64,000 nt of DNA from Escherichia coli (GCA_032372955.1 GCA_032372955.1_4725.1), one strand, 5' to 3'; counted from the first letter of the stretch, positions 47,400-56,401 are shown. Notes: generated by a model from the letters alone, not told the origin. Numbers and translations are program-made.

Positions 47400-47740
47400 G
47401 GAAAGTAAAATTTCCACGACCTCGGCCCCTTCGGGGGACGGGGGAGGAGCGAAGTCCTTTAGAGACGAGCAACAGGATAACTCTAAGAAAAAGAAAAACT
47501 AAACGAGCGAAGCGAGTTTATGTTTTTATCCTTAGAGTTATCAAGCTATAAGCGTAGCGTTAGCGTATAACGGTTATGTCGTATACGAATGCAATGAGTA
47601 TAGACGAGATACTCTGATGAACAACGTGAAGAAGAGTATCACAAATGTTTTTTGAGTTATCCGGATTTAACTAGCATGTAACGAAGTGTAATGCACAGAT
47701 GACATGTGTTACCGTTAAGGTAGTAAACACATGTTATCCA
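47400..47740 (+). ncRNA. candidate structured-RNA region (array of stem-loops); strand and function unknown
   Basis: The hairpins are: 47420-47443 (10 bp, cUUCGg loop); 47476-47542 (12-bp perfect outer stem gataactctaag/cttagagttatc with an inner imperfect stem); 47579-47607; 47608-47640 (gatactct/agagtatc); and 47702-47734 (acatgtgtt/aacacatgt). There is no ORF of 60 aa or more on either strand. Confidence 0.3.
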
Positions 47741-47990
47741 TTGTTTTGAAGATAAGCTTATTAACTTACTTTTAAATCAATTTAAATATACAAACAACTT
47801 AAACATACCAAGATAAAACAATTGAACCTAAGATAAACAAGATAACTTAGACAATACACTTTTAACGAATACAGATAACATCTTACTTAAATCAAAATAC
47901 CTATCCTCGTTTACCTTCCTTGCTTGCAACACCTCTTCTAAATCCATCCCTTCTTAAGAAACAACAAAACCCTTACTGTAACACAAATCC
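47741..47990. repeat. AT-rich non-coding segment with AGATAA/GATAAC iterons and a CTTACTT(TT)AAATCAA direct repeat
   Basis: AGATAA occurs at 47750, 47811, 47831, 47840 and 47873. The direct repeats are at 47765-47780 and 47882-47895. Confidence 0.5.
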
Positions 47991-48015
47991 TTTCACGACT
48001 ATATTACCTAAGTGA
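47991..48015 (+). promoter_or_regulatory. conserved 25-nt promoter-like motif, copy C
   Basis: TTTCACGACTATATTACCTAAGTGA, located 82 nt upstream of gene 48098. Confidence 0.55.
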
Positions 48016-48097
48016 TGCGTACGTACGATGTTCGTATTGCGTCAAATAGAACTCAATACGTTGTTTAATTAACGTGAAAAACAGAGGAACTTTTTAA

Positions 48098-48880
48098 ATG
48101 AACGATGAAATCATTTTTGATACCATGTTTACTGGAGATGAATACCTGGCGTTACCGAGCGATGTTCAAAACGAATGCGTGAAGGTAGCATGCTACAGCG
48201 GCGGTCAGGCTGGGATGCGTGTACGTTGCGTTGACGGGACGAACGGGAAAGTTGTTTGGCGTGGTGCTCACACGTACCCTTACCTGCTTACCGGCAACAA
48301 GAATTGGTACGCTCATCGCAGCCAGCATCCTGCACGGATGAGCGCGAGCGGATTCGTGGTACGTGGTGCGTTGGATGAACGGGTGGAACGCATCGAGATC
48401 ACCGATCGCGCGTTCATCGATCAGCTTGCACAGGTTGCTTACGATGAGGGACGTGCAACAGGGCGATACGGTTGGTTGAAGGTGAACAGCGATACGCAAT
48501 TACAGGTAGGATTCCATCACGCGCTTCCTGGGTGGGCGAACCATACCGTTGGAACGTATTACACCAAAAAGCTTACCATGGTGAAACCTTACATGGCGGA
48601 TGCGAGCTTGGAGGCAACGGATCAGATGCATCAATTGCTTCGCATGTATTATCCACGGGTGGTGCATCCACTTGGGTTCGCTTGGGTCAGCGAAGTGCGC
48701 TACAACCCACGCAAGAAACGCGTTGAAGCGAAGGTGCTTAACGAACGTTGGTTACCGGTTGTGCAACCAGGGCTTGACGATGAATCCATCATGATGCGGG
48801 TAAGCCGAAGCCGGTTCGTACAATGGGATGCTACCATGCTACAACGCCCACAACACGTTACAGGAGAAACGTTCGCATGA
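48098..48880 (+). CDS. hypothetical protein (260 aa)
   Basis: AGAGGA RBS. It is the first gene after the ORF-free region and the promoter-like motif at 47991-48015. Confidence 0.6.
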   Translation: MNDEIIFDTMFTGDEYLALPSDVQNECVKVACYSGGQAGMRVRCVDGTNGKVVWRGAHTYPYLLTGNKNWYAHRSQHPARMSASGFVVRGALDERVERIEITDRAFIDQLAQVAYDEGRATGRYGWLKVNSDTQLQVGFHHALPGWANHTVGTYYTKKLTMVKPYMADASLEATDQMHQLLRMYYPRVVHPLGFAWVSEVRYNPRKKRVEAKVLNERWLPVVQPGLDDESIMMRVSRSRFVQWDATMLQRPQHVTGETFA

Positions 48881-49176
48881 TACGCGCAACAGGATACGAA
48901 AACAAAGGCAAGAACAGCGTGCAGCGTTACGTTGCCGACGAGGAAGGGAAAGCAGAATACCTGGATTGGTTCAACCGTTACAGCGCAAGCAAGGTACGTG
49001 ATCCTAGCATCCTGAGGTTACAGAGCAGTTTCCAATGGCAGGCTTCCGAACAACGCTGGTACATCACGTTGGAAATCGGAACGGTACGGGAAGACCAGCT
49101 TCCTGCATACTTAAAAGAACAACGGGAGCAGATCAACACATTACTCGCACAACACAAAACGGAACCTAAACCTTAA
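48877..49176 (+). CDS. hypothetical protein
   Basis: ATGA overlap with the upstream stop, with AGGAG 10 nt upstream. The track start is 48823. Confidence 0.55.
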   Translation: MIRATGYENKGKNSVQRYVADEEGKAEYLDWFNRYSASKVRDPSILRLQSSFQWQASEQRWYITLEIGTVREDQLPAYLKEQREQINTLLAQHKTEPKP

Positions 49177-49216
49177 TCCAACACCAACAAGCGAAAAGGA
49201 AAGTACAACAGAAATC

Positions 49217-49492
49217 ATGTTGATGAAACCGACAGCAAAGAACAAGGTTTATAAAGCAATCTACGCGTCAGACACAGTCAGCCTGACGAAGATCATCAAA
49301 TACAAACTTGAGAAGGTGCTACGTGTTGAACCGAGCATAGGCTTAGTCCGTTATCGCCTGATTACCGAGAACGGTGAAGGGTATTACGCACCGTCGTCTC
49401 GAAGCGATAACGCCGTTGTGTTAACCCGGGATGTGGTTGAAGCAATCAACAACGGAACGAAGGCGTTCTACGCGCACAGAAAAGCCGTATAA
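49217..49492 (+). CDS. hypothetical protein
   Basis: 91-aa ORF. The RBS spacing is long, so the start is uncertain. Confidence 0.45.
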   Translation: MLMKPTAKNKVYKAIYASDTVSLTKIIKYKLEKVLRVEPSIGLVRYRLITENGEGYYAPSSRSDNAVVLTRDVVEAINNGTKAFYAHRKAV

Positions 49493-49569
49493 CGCAATAA
49501 ACGAATCCAAAGAAGGGAAACTATACCTTAACTTAAAACGACGCTTAGAGAGCGTTACAGGAGCTTAGA

Positions 49570-49977
49570 ATGCAACATGATCAAACGAACACCACCGCAA
49601 CGTCAATAGCCCTTGCCGATGCCGTCCAGGCGTGGAACGAGAACCCAGCCTGTCGAGCAAAGATGGAATTGGTGTACGAAGGATCAACCCGTGTCAGGAC
49701 GGCTGATGATGTTCTGGTCGTACGAGGTGAATTCTTCGCCTTAGGTGTCACGGACCGTGGTCCGTTAGATGCGCTTTGGATCGAGTTACAAACCTGCCCG
49801 CAGAGACCACGCTACGTGACCCGTGACCATCGTCCTGAGAACGCGTTGGTCGGAACCGGTTCCGTGGATATTTTCATCTGGCAGGATACCCTCGACAACA
49901 TGAACAAGATGATCGACGTTGAGAACATCGTTGCAAATAAGTTAACCCAACTTAAAGAACGTCTGATGCCGCTATAA
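49570..49977 (+). CDS. hypothetical small protein, possible distant member of the tandem family at 50090-51341
   Basis: AGGAG 6 nt upstream. VLVVRGEFFALGVTDRGPLDALW resembles the strand-turn-helix motif of the next three genes. Confidence 0.5.
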   Translation: MQHDQTNTTATSIALADAVQAWNENPACRAKMELVYEGSTRVRTADDVLVVRGEFFALGVTDRGPLDALWIELQTCPQRPRYVTRDHRPENALVGTGSVDIFIWQDTLDNMNKMIDVENIVANKLTQLKERLMPL

Positions 49978-50035
49978 CGCATCAACATCACCCGCCTGTA
50001 CCTCATCGTGTTCGGGCGGGGCAATAAGAAACCAA

Positions 50036-50053
50036 GGGGACATCGCCGTCCCC
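50036..50053 (+). terminator. short GC hairpin between genes 49570 and 50090
   Basis: ggggac-atcgcc-gtcccc. It has no clear U-tract. Confidence 0.3.
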
Positions 50054-50089
50054 GTTACTATCATCAACCACTATCAAGAGGAACCTACC

Positions 50090-50533
50090 ATGGAAATTAA
50101 ATTCTGTAAATCGATCGCGATTGTACCTGAACAACCTGCGGATGATCTCGAAAAGCTCGATCATCCCACACTGCAACATGCGCTGGAACGTTTAGCCTCT
50201 TTTGCGCCGTTAGAGAATCATCTTCACTGCGTTAATCTTGAAGCATCCGACTTCGACGTGAAGCTTGGGTTCGTGTTTTCACAAACGGGGAAGGATGTGT
50301 TAGAAAACATATTCTGGTCTGCTGAGCATAAGGCGAGAAATGTGATGACGAAGTTAGTTTATAACGTTAGCCTTAGTGAAGACGGCACCTATTGGACGTC
50401 AGAGGCTTGCTGGACGATTTCTGCGATTTCACGAATGGACAAAATACACTATTTGCATCGTGTTGCTGATAGCATTGTACACCAACTGGATCGTTTTGAT
50501 ACCACCCGCTTATCGAATGGAACACAGTGTTAA
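50090..50533 (+). CDS. small tandem-family protein
   Basis: AGAGGA RBS. VKLGFVFSQTGKDVLENIFW aligns with the P2 and P3 motif. Confidence 0.55.
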   Translation: MEIKFCKSIAIVPEQPADDLEKLDHPTLQHALERLASFAPLENHLHCVNLEASDFDVKLGFVFSQTGKDVLENIFWSAEHKARNVMTKLVYNVSLSEDGTYWTSEACWTISAISRMDKIHYLHRVADSIVHQLDRFDTTRLSNGTQC

Positions 50534-50548
50534 TACGAGGAATCGAAC

Positions 50549-50977
50549 ATGCAAATTAAATGGCCTGAATCAGCAGTAACTGCAGCGCGCGTTGGTCTTT
50601 ATCATTCGCTGGTTGCTCAGCATACCAGCTTACATCGCACCCTATCACTTTTACGCGAAGACGAAAAACTACGTGAACACATTCAGCCGATCTCAGCATC
50701 AATGAATGCGAACACGTTGTCTATGCGTTGCGTTCGATTGACTTTTGTGTGTACCACGTTAGGAAAGACGTTGCTTGAGGCTGCCTATCTTCGTTGTTGC
50801 GAAAGCACGACGTTCACCGACGATATGGTGTTGTCGATCGAGATGTATTGTCAGACAAATGGAATACGTCAACCGCAGATAGTTTGGAAAATATACGGAT
50901 TGACACCAAAAGTAATCAGCACGAAGTTAGATGCGGTTGCTAATAGCCTTAATGAAATTTTGAAAGAAGGAATTTGA
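50549..50977 (+). CDS. small tandem-family protein
   Basis: GAGGAA RBS. RCVRLTFVCTTLGKTLLEAAY aligns with RCILTFTCTKKGVTVIRDVW of the next gene. Confidence 0.55.
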   Translation: MQIKWPESAVTAARVGLYHSLVAQHTSLHRTLSLLREDEKLREHIQPISASMNANTLSMRCVRLTFVCTTLGKTLLEAAYLRCCESTTFTDDMVLSIEMYCQTNGIRQPQIVWKIYGLTPKVISTKLDAVANSLNEILKEGI

Positions 50978-50978
50978 T

Positions 50979-51341
50979 ATGCAACAACGTATCGGTTTAT
51001 CGCTCGCCATTGACCGACTGATCAAAGTCTCATCGTTACGAAGTGAATTTGTTGGCGTCCGTGAAGAAGCGGCGAATAACCGCTGTATTTTAACGTTTAC
51101 GTGTACCAAGAAAGGCGTGACGGTTATCCGTGATGTTTGGGACGCTGTGAACAAACGTGAACCCCGCTGCTCGGTATCTGTCGTTGATTACAAAAACCTG
51201 GATAATACTTACACTATCCGTTTAGAATGGGAGCATCGCCTCAGGACATTCGTTGAAGTTCGGTCGAAGCTGTTAGCTGAATTGTTGAACGAAGCCTGTT
51301 TACGTGACGAGAACGCTACAGAACTCTTCAGAACGCTTTAA
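50979..51341 (+). CDS. small tandem-family protein
   Basis: It starts 1 nt after the previous stop, with AAGGAA upstream. It shares the motif described above. Confidence 0.55.
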   Translation: MQQRIGLSLAIDRLIKVSSLRSEFVGVREEAANNRCILTFTCTKKGVTVIRDVWDAVNKREPRCSVSVVDYKNLDNTYTIRLEWEHRLRTFVEVRSKLLAELLNEACLRDENATELFRTL

Positions 51342-51447
51342 TTCAATCTTAGATAAGGAAACCCCTTAGAAATTAAAACAAACCGTTATACGTCGTTCTG
51401 TGACGTTTAAGCTATACATTGAACTCATGGCAATCGAGGAAAGAAAA

Positions 51448-51837
51448 ATGTTAAATTCAACTTTTACCCACTATCTCCACACCTATGCAAAATTATGCTG
51501 CGTTGACATGGAAGAGCTCGCGAACGATAATACTGTTCGCGATTGTGAGATGCTTCCTAAGCGACAAGGTTTTCTACCCGGTTCGCGGTCAGCGGCGTTC
51601 TTCTTAATCGCTTACTTCATCGTTAGTCATAGTGCGGCGCTGTTGAGCCAAACCAAGAAACAGCGAAAGGATTACGCTACCGCAATCACTCAAGTTTATT
51701 TCGATCGTCTTCACGGACGTGCAGTGAGTATCGATACCGCGTTAACGACCGCGTTTCGTCATCGAGGCGCAACCGCGGTACAGCTACCTGCTTTGGTTAA
51801 GATCGGAAAAGAAATCATCCAGAATGCAACGCGTTAA
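51448..51837 (+). CDS. hypothetical protein
   Basis: I chose ATG 51448 as the start (GAGGAAAG 8 nt upstream); the track start is GTG 51400. It contains a hydrophobic stretch, AAFFLIAYFIVSHSAALL. Confidence 0.45.
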   Translation: MLNSTFTHYLHTYAKLCCVDMEELANDNTVRDCEMLPKRQGFLPGSRSAAFFLIAYFIVSHSAALLSQTKKQRKDYATAITQVYFDRLHGRAVSIDTALTTAFRHRGATAVQLPALVKIGKEIIQNATR

Positions 51838-51852
51838 TAAATAAACCATAAA

Positions 51853-51888
51853 CCTTCCTTCCCCGGCCTTTACGGCTAGGGAAGGAGG
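51853..51888. terminator. conserved Y/R hairpin, copy 9 (variant, between convergent genes)
   Basis: ccttccttccccggcc-tttac-ggctagggaaggagg. TTTATG is on the minus-strand flank (51847-51852), and a T-run lies at 51903-51909. Confidence 0.6.
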
Positions 51889-51907
51889 TTGTATAGCATT
51901 TCTTTTT

Positions 51908-52996
51908 TTATTGGAACGGGTCTGTACGACCGCTGCCACGATCTACACCACCGTGATCGTGGGTGTATACGTTTGTTCCGGTTGGTGAACGCCAAGAGCC
52001 TGCGATGTGTATGAAGTTCCCATTCAACGTCATCGTGTTCCCGTCTTCACCTGTGAAGCTTACAGCTCCAGTGAATACCGTATTAGGACATTTGAACGTG
52101 GTCTGTCCTGATACTTGCGCGGTGTAGCGATCACACTTCAAAGAAACATTCTGGCTCGTAACGCTTTCTGTTTTACTGGTACGCTCGAAGTTCTCACATT
52201 CGGTATAAATGTTTTTTGCTTTCATTCGGATATCGTTCTTAGCAATTGCTTTGAGCGTATCCTCGCATTGGAATGTGATGTTCTTTTTTGTCACGTCGAT
52301 GATGCTGTCGTCCTGGTTTTGATAACGCAGCATATGCTCGACAAAATGGAGTAACAGCAGATTTTGATGGACGCTGTCCGCAACCTGTAGGTAACCCTCG
52401 TCCAGATTAAGTTCCATGTAGACTTGGGTAACTTCACCAAGCTGTGCGCTGGTGCCGATAACCGCTTTCTTGAGGAAAGTATCAACCATTAGGTAATAGC
52501 AGTCTTCCGTTGAAATCGATTTACGGTCCTTCTTGGCGCTAGGACGTGCGCTGATGGTGAGGATAACCGATTCCATGGTCATCAGCTCGCTATCCCCTCC
52601 TTTGGGCTGCCAGTATAGCTGTTCTTCATCGGCGGTACGCCAGACCACCACACGCTGACCTTTCCTCAAGTTAGGTGCTGTCATCCGGTTACTGCCGAAG
52701 GGTAACCAGTAACACTGTACGCTGGTTGTTGTTGCCGCTTTCGCCGTATAACTGTTCCCTTGAGCGTCTGTTGCACTGACTTCTTTCACGCTTCCCGCCG
52801 CTTCAACTTTCCCGTCAGCACCTGACATCATCTCATCAAGAAAGACCTCCAGCGCCTGGTTAGGATCTTCTTCCAGACTTTTATTGGAAAAGTCGGCAGC
52901 AACAGTACCCAAGGCAAAGATACGGAAAACGCTTACGTTGTTGTCTGGAGCTAGCTGACTCCCTTTTGTGCGATTGTCTGTTGCCAGATCGCTCAT
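51908..52996 (-). CDS. baseplate central spike / gpV-like (P2 gpV, Mu gp45 class) protein
   Basis: AGGAG 8 nt upstream. An OB-like segment, WLPFGSNRMTAPNLRKGQRVVVW, resembles the P2 gpV N-domain. The C-terminal apex VYTHDHGGVDRGSGRTDP resembles gpV HTHKHPGDSGGTTGSP (HxH metal-binding tip). Confidence 0.6.
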   Translation of the reverse strand: MSDLATDNRTKGSQLAPDNNVSVFRIFALGTVAADFSNKSLEEDPNQALEVFLDEMMSGADGKVEAAGSVKEVSATDAQGNSYTAKAATTTSVQCYWLPFGSNRMTAPNLRKGQRVVVWRTADEEQLYWQPKGGDSELMTMESVILTISARPSAKKDRKSISTEDCYYLMVDTFLKKAVIGTSAQLGEVTQVYMELNLDEGYLQVADSVHQNLLLLHFVEHMLRYQNQDDSIIDVTKKNITFQCEDTLKAIAKNDIRMKAKNIYTECENFERTSKTESVTSQNVSLKCDRYTAQVSGQTTFKCPNTVFTGAVSFTGEDGNTMTLNGNFIHIAGSWRSPTGTNVYTHDHGGVDRGSGRTDPFQ

Positions 52997-53110
52997 GCTG
53001 TAATCTCCTACTGATTTAAATAACGATATAGAAAATAACGCTGAAGTATGGCTTCAGCTTCGCATTCTGAACCCGTGGTTCAGAAGGTATCGAAGAAGGA
53101 TTATCATAGC

Positions 53111-55567
53111 ATGCGATGCACCTATCTCCACTTACGTGGATTCAATCGTTTTGATACCGGGATGATTCGGGAGCTGGTCATCCGGCCAGATAATCCCGTA
53201 CAACTCATTTTAGGCAGTAATGGTTCCGGTAAGAGTAGTCTACTGCCTTTGCTGTATCCAACCGTTCCTGAGCGTGCCGATTTTGATAAAGATGGGTATT
53301 ACGAGTACCGCTGCGAACACCGTAATAAGCAATACCGTCTTATCAGTCGTTTAGAAAAAGGGTTTAAGCACGAGTTCTACGTTAACGATAGCGAGAACCT
53401 GAATGGTGGTGGTACACAACCAGCCCAGTGGAAACTAATCGAGGAACATTTTGAACTTAATGACGACACCATTCGTTTGTTGTTAGGTTACGAAACGGCT
53501 TACCAGTTCACCGAAATGGGGCCGATGAAACGTCGCGAACGATTAACGCAGATATGTCCGGTTAACGTCGATTATGCGCTTGAGTTGTTTCAGGTGGTTA
53601 AGCAACAAGTACGTTCACTGAAAGCGGTGAATGAACATACACTGAATAAGTTGGTTGAAACATCACAGCGCATTGAAGCGAAATACACCGGCACCGACCA
53701 CCAGGGATTGGAAGCAGAGTTAAAGCAGCAACGCTCAGCGCTCGAAGCGATGATGGGGTTGCCGTTATTCGATAGTGATGTCGATCAACGACAGCTTCTG
53801 GAATCCGCACAACGTGCCCATCATTTTAATCGCGAGCTTCTTCGTGCGGTTGTTCGTTACCAAGGAGGAACATCGCAACAAGAACAGCAGAATCTGGCTG
53901 GACTAAGAGAACAACTCGCGAATGCGAATGCAAAACTCGAAAGTCAGGTTGACGAGCTGTTGGGTATCGATAACATTCTTGACCAGTTGAAACAGTCTGG
54001 AGAAGGTGATATCGATCAAATTAAAGCCCGCATTGCACGTTTGGACGAACAACTTCAGCAAGATCATCCAGGTGAGCTTTTAACAATGAATCTGGACGCT
54101 GCGGTTTGTTTACAACAGCTCATGCAAGTTCAGGCTCCGTTAACGGAATTGCTGCAAGAATGGATTGATACCGACAACACCTATCACGTCTACGATGCTG
54201 AAGCTTACATCAAGGAGGAAGAGGCGGCAAGAATGCGTTTGCGTAACGCGAAACATGCGTTAGCCGATTTGGAAGCGCATCTCGACCATCTTAACCATCA
54301 ACCCCAGACCAGCTGTCCAAAATGCAATTATCGCTTTCACGTTGGTGAAACGGAAAAGACCAGCAAAGCGAGTATTGAACAGCGTATTCAGAAAGGCCGT
54401 GCTTGGGTTGAAGAACAAGAGAAATCGTTAGCTGAGCTTAGCGAGAAGGTTCAGCGCTATACGCTCTGGATGGAACAGCATCGTCAGTTAACACGTTGGA
54501 CGAAGGATTATTACGCCATTAAACCCATGTGGGACAATCTGCTGGAAGAAGGACGTAAAAACGGTTTAGGATTCCGCAGCATTGGAATCATTAACGACTG
54601 GTTGCTTGCGTTTGAGAAACTTGCGCGTTACACACAAGCCGAGCAAGAACGGAAGCATCTTCAAGGCATGCTCGAACGTGTACAAGCGGTTGATGTTGAA
54701 CCGTTACAGCAACGTCGAGAATTGCTTTATAAGAACAGGACAGAGTTGTTAACAACCGTTGAGCGGTTAACACAAGCCATCACAGCTACGGAAGGCAGAT
54801 TGGAAACCATTACGACGATTATGGAAGATCAGGTGCGTTCTGATAACAGCGATAAAGCGTTAACGCAACTGTGGTTAGAGTATCTGCAACACCTCTACAC
54901 GAAATCGTTACGTGCTGCGATGTCTGATACGGTTCGCCGAATAAGTCATGTCGAACAGCAACTACAGGAAGCTAAAACCGACCAGCAGCTTCTGGCTCAG
55001 TTGGAAACGACACAAAAAGAGGTGGAAGAACAGCTCAGTTACGCACAACTTGTTTTGGATGAGTTGAGTCCATCCAACGGATTGATTGCCGAAACAATTG
55101 CTGGCCCAATCAACGCATTCGTTGAATACATGAACGGTATCATTTCGAGTATTTGGGAATACCAACTTCAGATACTCCCGTGTGCTATCGACGCGCAAGG
55201 ATTGAACTATCGTTTTCCGCTTTTAACTGAGAAGTATCCGACACCGCGAAAAGATATTGTTTATGGGAGTAAGGGACAAAAGGAAATTATCAACATCGCG
55301 TTCATCATCGCGATGATGCATTACAAAGGGTTTACGGATTATCCGTTGATGTTAGATGAATTCGCATCAACATTCGATCCGCAGCACCAATCTAATGCCA
55401 TGGATTTTGTTCGTCGTCTGGTTGATGGTCACCGCGTAAGCCAGGTGTGGTTTATCAGTCACTATGTAATCAACCATGCATCATTCCGTAAAGCCGAGTG
55501 TATGGTTCTTGATAAAACGAACATCATTCTCCCTGAAACATATAACGAACACGTCACGATTATTTAA
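53111..55567 (+). CDS. SbcC/Rad50/T4 gp46-like SMC-type ATPase
   Basis: Walker A is GSNGSGKSS. There is a long central coiled coil with a CPKCNYRF zinc-hook-like motif, the signature SKGQKEIINIA and Walker B PLMLDEF. I chose ATG 53111 (AAGGA upstream), which puts Walker A at residues ~36-43 as in gp46. The alternative start is 53048. Confidence 0.75.
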   Translation: MRCTYLHLRGFNRFDTGMIRELVIRPDNPVQLILGSNGSGKSSLLPLLYPTVPERADFDKDGYYEYRCEHRNKQYRLISRLEKGFKHEFYVNDSENLNGGGTQPAQWKLIEEHFELNDDTIRLLLGYETAYQFTEMGPMKRRERLTQICPVNVDYALELFQVVKQQVRSLKAVNEHTLNKLVETSQRIEAKYTGTDHQGLEAELKQQRSALEAMMGLPLFDSDVDQRQLLESAQRAHHFNRELLRAVVRYQGGTSQQEQQNLAGLREQLANANAKLESQVDELLGIDNILDQLKQSGEGDIDQIKARIARLDEQLQQDHPGELLTMNLDAAVCLQQLMQVQAPLTELLQEWIDTDNTYHVYDAEAYIKEEEAARMRLRNAKHALADLEAHLDHLNHQPQTSCPKCNYRFHVGETEKTSKASIEQRIQKGRAWVEEQEKSLAELSEKVQRYTLWMEQHRQLTRWTKDYYAIKPMWDNLLEEGRKNGLGFRSIGIINDWLLAFEKLARYTQAEQERKHLQGMLERVQAVDVEPLQQRRELLYKNRTELLTTVERLTQAITATEGRLETITTIMEDQVRSDNSDKALTQLWLEYLQHLYTKSLRAAMSDTVRRISHVEQQLQEAKTDQQLLAQLETTQKEVEEQLSYAQLVLDELSPSNGLIAETIAGPINAFVEYMNGIISSIWEYQLQILPCAIDAQGLNYRFPLLTEKYPTPRKDIVYGSKGQKEIINIAFIIAMMHYKGFTDYPLMLDEFASTFDPQHQSNAMDFVRRLVDGHRVSQVWFISHYVINHASFRKAECMVLDKTNIILPETYNEHVTII

Positions 55568-55588
55568 GACAAATAAGGATTTCTGTTG

Positions 55589-56401
55589 ATGAAAAAGCCC
55601 ATGAAGAAGCTAGGCCATGCACGCAAGCATCGCTATTCCGATCTGGAGAAAATGTTTTTAACGCAGCAGCCGTTTCTCCAGACTTATTTTAACGGGATGG
55701 CGAAGAAGTTAGCCGATGAGTACCAGGAGCGTGGTACGCCAGCACGAATTACAATCACCGTAATTCCAACGTTCGCTGAAAAGATCTATAACGTCATGAC
55801 GGAGATTATTCCCGAAGACGCAAAATCCCAGGATGAAGTTCTGCGATTAACACGCTACATCCGTTTTAAAGAACATCTGGACGCACAAGCCACCATCATT
55901 CTGGAAAACGAAAAACCTGAACCCGACGTTGAGCTTATTGCTTCTCTCCTCCCTGACCGTTTATTACACGATTTTGTTACCGTGAAACGTATCGACGAAC
56001 AAGGAAAAGAGGTTGAGGTTCAGCTACGCCAAGAAACCGTGGTTGCGTTGGATTGGATTGAAGACCGTTGTAAAGCGCTGAGCAAGCTTCTGGATGATGA
56101 AGGGACGAATGCTCGTGTCGCTATCGATTTCGGTTATGAACCGGATGATGCAGTAACCATGATGCGCGTGCTGTACGATCCTAAGGTTAATGACCACGCG
56201 ATCATCGTTAAACGCGAAGGCGTTAAAGGCGAAGTTAGCCTGGTTAAAGACCTGGGTCCTATTCACACGGTAGGTTTAACCGAAGACCAAACGCCGTTCG
56301 AAAAGCTTTCGGTGTATGAGCAATCGGAAGTTGAACGCTTCCTGGAAGGTGTTGTTGCGAAAACCTTCCCATGGTCAGTAGAGGCTGTTGTAACATCATG
56401 A
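55589..56401 (+). CDS. hypothetical protein (270 aa) downstream of the SbcC-like gene; no nuclease motifs seen
   Basis: AAGGA 9 nt upstream of ATG 55589. I saw no metallophosphoesterase (DxH/GDxxDR/GNHD) motifs. Confidence 0.55.
   Translation: MKKPMKKLGHARKHRYSDLEKMFLTQQPFLQTYFNGMAKKLADEYQERGTPARITITVIPTFAEKIYNVMTEIIPEDAKSQDEVLRLTRYIRFKEHLDAQATIILENEKPEPDVELIASLLPDRLLHDFVTVKRIDEQGKEVEVQLRQETVVALDWIEDRCKALSKLLDDEGTNARVAIDFGYEPDDAVTMMRVLYDPKVNDHAIIVKREGVKGEVSLVKDLGPIHTVGLTEDQTPFEKLSVYEQSEVERFLEGVVAKTFPWSVEAVVTS

Noticed and set aside
47655-47742. DnaA-box-like sequences (GTTATCCGG at 47656, GTTATCCAT at 47733).
   Set aside because: They match the TTATCCACA consensus at only 6-7 of 9 positions. 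The recurring core is GATAAC rather than the DnaA box, so I report the iterons without assigning them to DnaA.
47315-48097. tRNA genes, a CRISPR array or a retron-like msr/msd in the ORF-free region.
   Set aside because: I found no cloverleaf with a T-loop (GTTCRANYC) or a suitable acceptor-stem arrangement. The repeats (AGCGT x3, AGATAA x5, GATAAC/GTTATC x6) are short and irregularly spaced, unlike CRISPR repeat-spacer units. The downstream 260-aa protein has no reverse-transcriptase YxDD motif.
55589-56401. The gene downstream of the SbcC-like ATPase as SbcD/gp47.
   Set aside because: No metallophosphoesterase motifs are present, so I left it as hypothetical.
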